In this document: piece after piece, positions 59,460 through 64,000 of the stretch
How positions within the stretch are numbered: the stretch's first letter is position 1
Layout of the letters: each line of letters opens with the position of its first letter
Assembly: GCA_030524105.1 (NCBI GenBank)
Contig: JAUNHE010000008.1
Coordinates: 64,128-128,127 of the forward strand
Reading direction: 5' to 3'
Source of the DNA: Rothia sp. (in: high G+C Gram-positive bacteria)
Lineage (GTDB): Bacteria; Actinomycetota; Actinomycetes; Actinomycetales; Micrococcaceae
Length of the DNA: 64,000 nt
Notes under the pieces: generated by a model
The model's database searches: none
The model's input: the letters and a program-made list of their open reading frames with translations, nothing else
Told to the model about the DNA's origin: nothing
Translations under genes and position numbers: made by a program

Positions 59460-60938
59460 CTACTGCGTGTCGGTCTTGCGTCTTCTGCGGCGCCGGCGGC
59501 CGTTCTCTCTGGTTTCCACTGACTTTTCGCGATGAGCCCGCGGGGCCGCCTCTTCTTTCTTCTTGTTCCCGGCCCTTGTGGGATTAGCCTGGGAGCGGGG
59601 TCGGCCCCGTCTCTTAGCCGATTTGCCGGCTGTTGAGCCCCTCCGGCGGCCAGCTGGCCGATCCAGCTTGCTTTCACCACGCTGGTCAAGTCCAGCCTTA
59701 ACCCGTTGCTCTTGAGGGAGCTTACCGCGTGAACCGGGCGGAATATCGAGGTCAGTAAAAAGATGCTCCGAAGAGGAATAGGTTTCTACCGGCTCGGGAA
59801 CACCCAGATCCAAGGCTGCATTAATAAAGGACCAACGCTGCACGTCCTCCCAGTCCACCAAGGTAACTGCTGTGCCACTATTGCCGGCCCGGCCAGTGCG
59901 TCCCACCCGGTGCACATAGGTTTTTTCGTCCTCCGGACACTGAAAATTAATGACGTGCGTAACGTCGTCAACATCAATACCGCGGGCAGCAACATCGGTG
60001 GCAACAAGAACATCCACCTGGTTATTACGAAAGGCAGTCAGAGCCTGCTCTCTGGCAGCCTGGTTAAGGTAGCCGTGTAAGGCTCCGGCAGCAAAACCGC
60101 GCTGTTGCAGTTCTTCGGCAAGCTTGGCAGCGGACCGTTTTGTTTTGGTAAAGATAATAGTCCTGCCCCGGTTGTTGGCCCGTAGGATCCTGCCCACCAG
60201 TTCATCCTTATCCAGGGGATGAGCCCGGTAGATAAGTTGGCGGGTAGCAGCATTGGTGAGGGTTTCATCATCAGGGGTGCTGGCCTGAATATGCATGGGT
60301 TTGCTCATATAACGCCGGGCCATGGTCAGCACCGGCCCGGGCATAGTGGCCGAAAAAAGCATAGTTTGGCGGGATTCGGGCAAGGCAGCCAGGAGCTTTT
60401 CAACGTCGGGTAAAAAGCCTAAATCCAGCATCTCATCGGCTTCATCAAGCACCACAATAGCCACCTGCGAGAGGTCCAGCTTTTTCTGGCGGTGCAGATC
60501 AATCAGGCGTCCCGGCGTGCCTACAATAACCTCGGTTCCCTGAGCCAGCATCTTAACCTGAGGCTCGTAGGCAACACCACCGTAGAGAGTGGCAATACGT
60601 ACCCTGCCTTGCTGGGCAGCAGCCTCCAAATTAGAGCCCACCTGAATAGCTAATTCGCGAGTGGGCACAATAATAAGAGCCTGGGGTGCACCCTGCTTGC
60701 TCTGCTGATCCCACTTGTCGTGGTCTCTGCCCACAACCCGCTGGATGGTGGGTAAACCAAAACCTAAGGTTTTGCCAGTACCGGTTTTAGCCTGGCCAAT
60801 AATGTCGTGCCCCTCAAGGGCAACCGGTAGGGTCAGGGCCTGGATCGGAAAAGGCTCTGTGATGCCTTGCTGAGCAAGGGCCTGGCAAATATCTGGACGA
60901 ACGCCATAGTCAGCGAAGGTCTTTTTTTCTTCTGTCAC
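59460..60938 (-). CDS. DEAD-box ATP-dependent RNA helicase with an Arg-rich C-terminal tail
   Basis: Q-motif, AKTGTGKT, PTRELA, DEAD, SAT and HRVGRTGRAG motifs, ending in an RRRRRRR tail. Confidence 0.9.
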   Translation of the reverse strand: MTEEKKTFADYGVRPDICQALAQQGITEPFPIQALTLPVALEGHDIIGQAKTGTGKTLGFGLPTIQRVVGRDHDKWDQQSKQGAPQALIIVPTRELAIQVGSNLEAAAQQGRVRIATLYGGVAYEPQVKMLAQGTEVIVGTPGRLIDLHRQKKLDLSQVAIVVLDEADEMLDLGFLPDVEKLLAALPESRQTMLFSATMPGPVLTMARRYMSKPMHIQASTPDDETLTNAATRQLIYRAHPLDKDELVGRILRANNRGRTIIFTKTKRSAAKLAEELQQRGFAAGALHGYLNQAAREQALTAFRNNQVDVLVATDVAARGIDVDDVTHVINFQCPEDEKTYVHRVGRTGRAGNSGTAVTLVDWEDVQRWSFINAALDLGVPEPVETYSSSEHLFTDLDIPPGSRGKLPQEQRVKAGLDQRGESKLDRPAGRRRGSTAGKSAKRRGRPRSQANPTRAGNKKKEEAAPRAHREKSVETRENGRRRRRRRKTDTQ

Positions 60939-61140
60939 GGAAGTTTCCTTGAATTATATGTGGCGCTAATGCGAAAGGGCGCCTGCGGGGGAGCCGGTAT
61001 GCAGAGGTGATGTGCTACAGAGAATGCAGGCCTTCACGACGGCTGGACCGATCGGGCAACCAATATAACGTGTTTAGTCTACCAAAAGCTATAAAAAAGC
61101 GGTGGAATAGTTTTGCCTACTCCACCGCCAAGAACGCACA

Positions 61141-61368
61141 TTACTCGGTAAAACCAAAACCGATGCGACGCTTGGTCTCGGCGCCGAGTTCTACATAACC
61201 AAGCTGGGATCCTGGAACCAGAACAAGGTTACCTTTTGAGTCAACCAATTCTAGCGGGGAGCCGTCGGCCAAAGCCTCTTTAATTTTGGATTTAACGGTC
61301 TCAGCGGTTTCTTCAGTCTCTACAACAATCTCCCTTTGGATATGTTGAACGCCAACCTTTATTTCCAT
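61141..61368 (-). CDS. DUF3107 protein (conserved partner of the actinobacterial DEAD-box helicase)
   Basis: MEIKVGVQHIQREIVVETEETAETVKSKIKEALADGSPLELVD...; about 75 aa. Confidence 0.55.
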   Translation of the reverse strand: MEIKVGVQHIQREIVVETEETAETVKSKIKEALADGSPLELVDSKGNLVLVPGSQLGYVELGAETKRRIGFGFTE

Positions 61369-61508
61369 AAACACTCCTTGAATACAGCCCTCGACAAAGA
61401 TTGAGTACCTAGCAGTTAATTGTAGAACCAAGCGGCAGGCTGTAAGACCAATATCACTCTAAGCGCACAAAGATGGCCAGCAGAAGCTGCCTATTGCTAA
61501 GAATTAGT

Positions 61509-62195
61509 CTACTTCCAGTCCTCATCAATAATAGAAATACCGCCCCAAGCTAACCGAAAGATCAACCTTTCAACCCTGTCGAGCTCTTGGGCATTGGCTC
61601 CGTGCTGGACGGCATGTTCAGCCGCAGAAACAACCATCCCGGTCAGGCTCCGGGAGAGCAAAATAGCCTCTTCCTTTTCTAAACCCGCGTTAGGGCCCAA
61701 AATTCCAGCAATATGGCTGGCAATGGTATTGTATAGATTGTCAAGACGTTCCTGTACAGCTAGGTCGCCCTGGATATCTGATTCAAAGATTAGCCGATAA
61801 CCCTGCGGATTCGTACGGGTGAAATCAAAAAAGGCAGCCAGAATAAGCTCTACACGCTTACGGTTAATGTCCGTCTGATACAGCGGCTCAACAATACGTA
61901 TAATAAGGTTCTCAATTTGCTCATCCAACACTGCCAAGTAGAGTTCACGCTTAGATTTAAAGTGCTGGTAAAGCACTGGCTTGGTAACGTCCGAAGCTGA
62001 AGCAATGTGATTCATGGTTGTCACGTGGTATCCCTGCGAAGAAAATACGCGCAGGGCGCTAAAAACCAGTTGCTGGCGGCGTAACTCTTTGGGGAGTCTA
62101 ATACCACCAACTGGCTCATCGTGTGATGACAAATCTACGGAAGTAGCGCTCAAATTCTTATCCCTGATACCTATGCCAATAAATAAGGACTCCAA
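61509..62195 (-). CDS. TetR-family transcriptional regulator
   Basis: HTH region RRQQLVFSALRVFSSQGYHVTTMNHIASASDVTKPVLYQHFKSKRELY. Confidence 0.75.
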   Translation of the reverse strand: MESLFIGIGIRDKNLSATSVDLSSHDEPVGGIRLPKELRRQQLVFSALRVFSSQGYHVTTMNHIASASDVTKPVLYQHFKSKRELYLAVLDEQIENLIIRIVEPLYQTDINRKRVELILAAFFDFTRTNPQGYRLIFESDIQGDLAVQERLDNLYNTIASHIAGILGPNAGLEKEEAILLSRSLTGMVVSAAEHAVQHGANAQELDRVERLIFRLAWGGISIIDEDWK

Positions 62196-62233
62196 AGCAT
62201 AGCAGGTGCAAGGGCTGCTAGCCCCCTCTGTCC

Positions 62234-63586
62234 TTAGGAGGCGTCCGCCTGCCTGAAATCATCCGGCTCTTTCTCAGAAGCCTCTGACGATTCCACCTCT
62301 ATGCCGTAGAGTGCTTCAAGCGCCGAGACGTACTCGGCTTCACGGCCTTCTTGTGCAAGTGTTCGTGCTCGAACCGTGGGGGTATGAAGCAGAGACTTAA
62401 CCATGCGACGCATAGCTAGCTCAACCTGGTCCGCGGCAGCACCGCAACCATATTGATGACGAACCTTCTCAAGCTCGGAATCTAGCACCGACAAGGTATG
62501 TTCTCGTAGTGCCACAATAGCAGTATCGATATGCCGAACCTTGGCTTTTATGGCAAATTCTGCGGAAGCTTTATCCACAATTATACGGGCAAGTTTAATA
62601 GAATCATCCGTTTCACTAGGCGCAGCAAGGCGAACGGACTCAAGTGTGATCAAATCAACATCGGGTAGATCGGCTACTTCTGTTGAAAAATCTCGAGAAA
62701 GAGCCAAGTCTAAAATAACCCGACGACCCTCCGGAATCTCTGCCGGTTGGAGGGGCCTTGAACTACCCGAACAGCCAACCACTACATCAGCAGCTGCAAA
62801 GGCTTGCTCAAAATCTGCAGGTGCTACGGGGGTGATAGCGCGTTTGTCGGCAAAAGTGTTGGCGCGACCCGACCTGGAATAAACAGAAATATTACTGCAA
62901 CCGCGCTCGCGTAGGGCGGCTACCGTTGCACCGGCGTAGGCCCCGCTGCCAAAGATAAGAACTCGCCGCTGCGGCCAGCTCTGCTCTGCAAGCTCGTCCG
63001 CTAGGTCTAAGGCTACCGAGACAACAGAACGCCCCCGAGAACCCAGCAGGGTTTGCTGGCCTACCTGCCGTGCTGTCTGTGAGGCATGATCAAAAAGCCG
63101 AACCAAGTTACCACTAGCCTGGCCAGCCTCTTGGGCCTGACCAATTGCCCGCCGAACCTGGCCGGTTATCTCCCGTTCCCCAACGACAGCCGACTCTAAG
63201 CCGGTAGCTACCGTAAAGAGATGCTGGGCGGCTTCCTGATTGGTAAAGACCTCAAAACTTTGAGCTACTACCTCGTAGCTTAGGGCTGATTGCTGGGCCA
63301 GGAGCCTAAAAATAGCCTGAGCGGCCCGGTCAACCTCGGCCTGAAGAGCCTGCTGGTCAAGACCGGCCAGCCAGCGCAACTCGCCGTAGATTTCTAGTCT
63401 ATTGCAGGTGGATAAGAGTACTAAACCCTTGAGATTGAGAGCCAGGCGGTGTTGGGGCAAGCCACTAGCACCGTTGGCCAAATGAGCAACGGTGCCTAGA
63501 TCAACCTTTTTGTGTGATGCAACGAGCGAAAAGATAGTCACGACTGAATTATCATAATCTTTTCTAGCCTTACTTGGCGAATGCAT
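62234..63586 (-). CDS. hemA: Glutamyl-tRNA reductase
   Basis: [11 protein letters not shown] active-site motif and an NADPH-binding GSGAYAG. A possible GTG start at 63541 gives a conventional N-terminus [12 protein letters not shown]. Confidence 0.85.
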   Translation of the reverse strand: MHSPSKARKDYDNSVVTIFSLVASHKKVDLGTVAHLANGASGLPQHRLALNLKGLVLLSTCNRLEIYGELRWLAGLDQQALQAEVDRAAQAIFRLLAQQSALSYEVVAQSFEVFTNQEAAQHLFTVATGLESAVVGEREITGQVRRAIGQAQEAGQASGNLVRLFDHASQTARQVGQQTLLGSRGRSVVSVALDLADELAEQSWPQRRVLIFGSGAYAGATVAALRERGCSNISVYSRSGRANTFADKRAITPVAPADFEQAFAAADVVVGCSGSSRPLQPAEIPEGRRVILDLALSRDFSTEVADLPDVDLITLESVRLAAPSETDDSIKLARIIVDKASAEFAIKAKVRHIDTAIVALREHTLSVLDSELEKVRHQYGCGAAADQVELAMRRMVKSLLHTPTVRARTLAQEGREAEYVSALEALYGIEVESSEASEKEPDDFRQADAS

Positions 63587-63689
63587 TCAAAATATTTTCT
63601 GTGGGTTATGCGACGAGTCAGCCGGGTTTATGCTGCATACTGACACCGTGTCGGTAAAAGATGGATCTTTTCTTGGCACAATAGTGACT

Positions 63690-64000
63690 ATGACCGACCT
63701 GAAACAAAGAGAACTTTTGACGGGCCAGCAGCTAGCTCACCTGCCCCAAAAGCATCCCCTGAGAGCAGGTGGCGTGGCTCAGTCCCCTATGCTTCAGGCC
63801 CTCACCGGCAAGCCGGCCAGTCACAGGCCAGTTTGGTATATGCGTCAGGCGGGCCGCTCCCTACCCGAGTATCAAAAAGCCCGGCAGGGTATCCCCATGC
63901 TCGCTGCCTGCCTTAACCCCGAACTGGTTGCAGAAATTACCCTACAGCCAGTACGTCGGCACGGGGTTGATGCAGCAATTTTCTTTTCTGACATTGTACT
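63690..64000 (+). CDS. hemE: Uroporphyrinogen decarboxylase, N-terminal part (continues beyond window)
   Basis: ATG at 63690, then MTDLKQ...[20 protein letters not shown], which is the UroD signature. The frame is open to the window end. Confidence 0.8.
   Translation, partial: MTDLKQRELLTGQQLAHLPQKHPLRAGGVAQSPMLQALTGKPASHRPVWYMRQAGRSLPEYQKARQGIPMLAACLNPELVAEITLQPVRRHGVDAAIFFSDIV

Noticed and set aside
1-64000. CRISPR arrays, tRNA/rRNA genes, IS elements or integrase at the island borders
   Set aside because: I saw no direct-repeat/spacer periodicity, no tRNA-like GTTCGAATC/T-loop motifs in intergenic regions, and no transposase or integrase-like ORFs. The islands appear to be old or degraded insertions without their mobility genes.

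Overview
The window reads as chromosomal core DNA of a mycothiol-producing, moderately high-GC actinobacterium (Corynebacterium-like). The evidence is an MshB-type deacetylase, a GluABCD glutamate ABC system, a 738-aa monomeric isocitrate dehydrogenase, divergent dapD/dapE, and gene order recalling M. tuberculosis blocks Rv1107c-1110, Rv1165-1178 and Rv1224-1234. Most of the 64 kb is housekeeping: xseAB, ispH, rmuC, ychF, a UvrA paralog, tpx, azlCD, a LysP-like permease, tctCBA, tdk, icd, pgi, a BCCT transporter, typA, mshB, fdxA, dapC, gltA, an ABC-2 exporter, TetR plus a flavin monooxygenase, galE, dapD/dapE, gluABCD, tatB, mrp, a cytoplasmic MgtE-like protein, pepP, a DEAD-box helicase, hemA and the start of hemE. 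Three places deviate from the core composition. (1) A ~4.2 kb low-GC island between ychF and the uvrA paralog (8.44-12.66 kb) carries two adjacent proteins that each have an R-N-x3-H HEPN nuclease motif. One is a 157-aa minimal or truncated HEPN; the other is a 445-aa HEPN fused to an unknown all-helical domain. Around them lie a gene remnant, a pyrimidine-rich non-coding stretch, a 55-aa single-TM ORF and a small secreted protein. This is my best candidate for an undescribed defence or toxin-like module. (2) A second low-GC insert (23.9-24.96 kb) encodes a Tat-signal secreted protein with a cationic W/K-rich bacteriocin-like C-terminus behind a 480-bp AT-rich leader. (3) A 59-aa two-TM small protein gene carrying a G9 homopolymer, a phase-variation candidate, sits just upstream of the ABC-2 exporter. 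No rRNA, tRNA, CRISPR array or intact transposase was found. Several intrinsic terminators and operator-like dyads are annotated.
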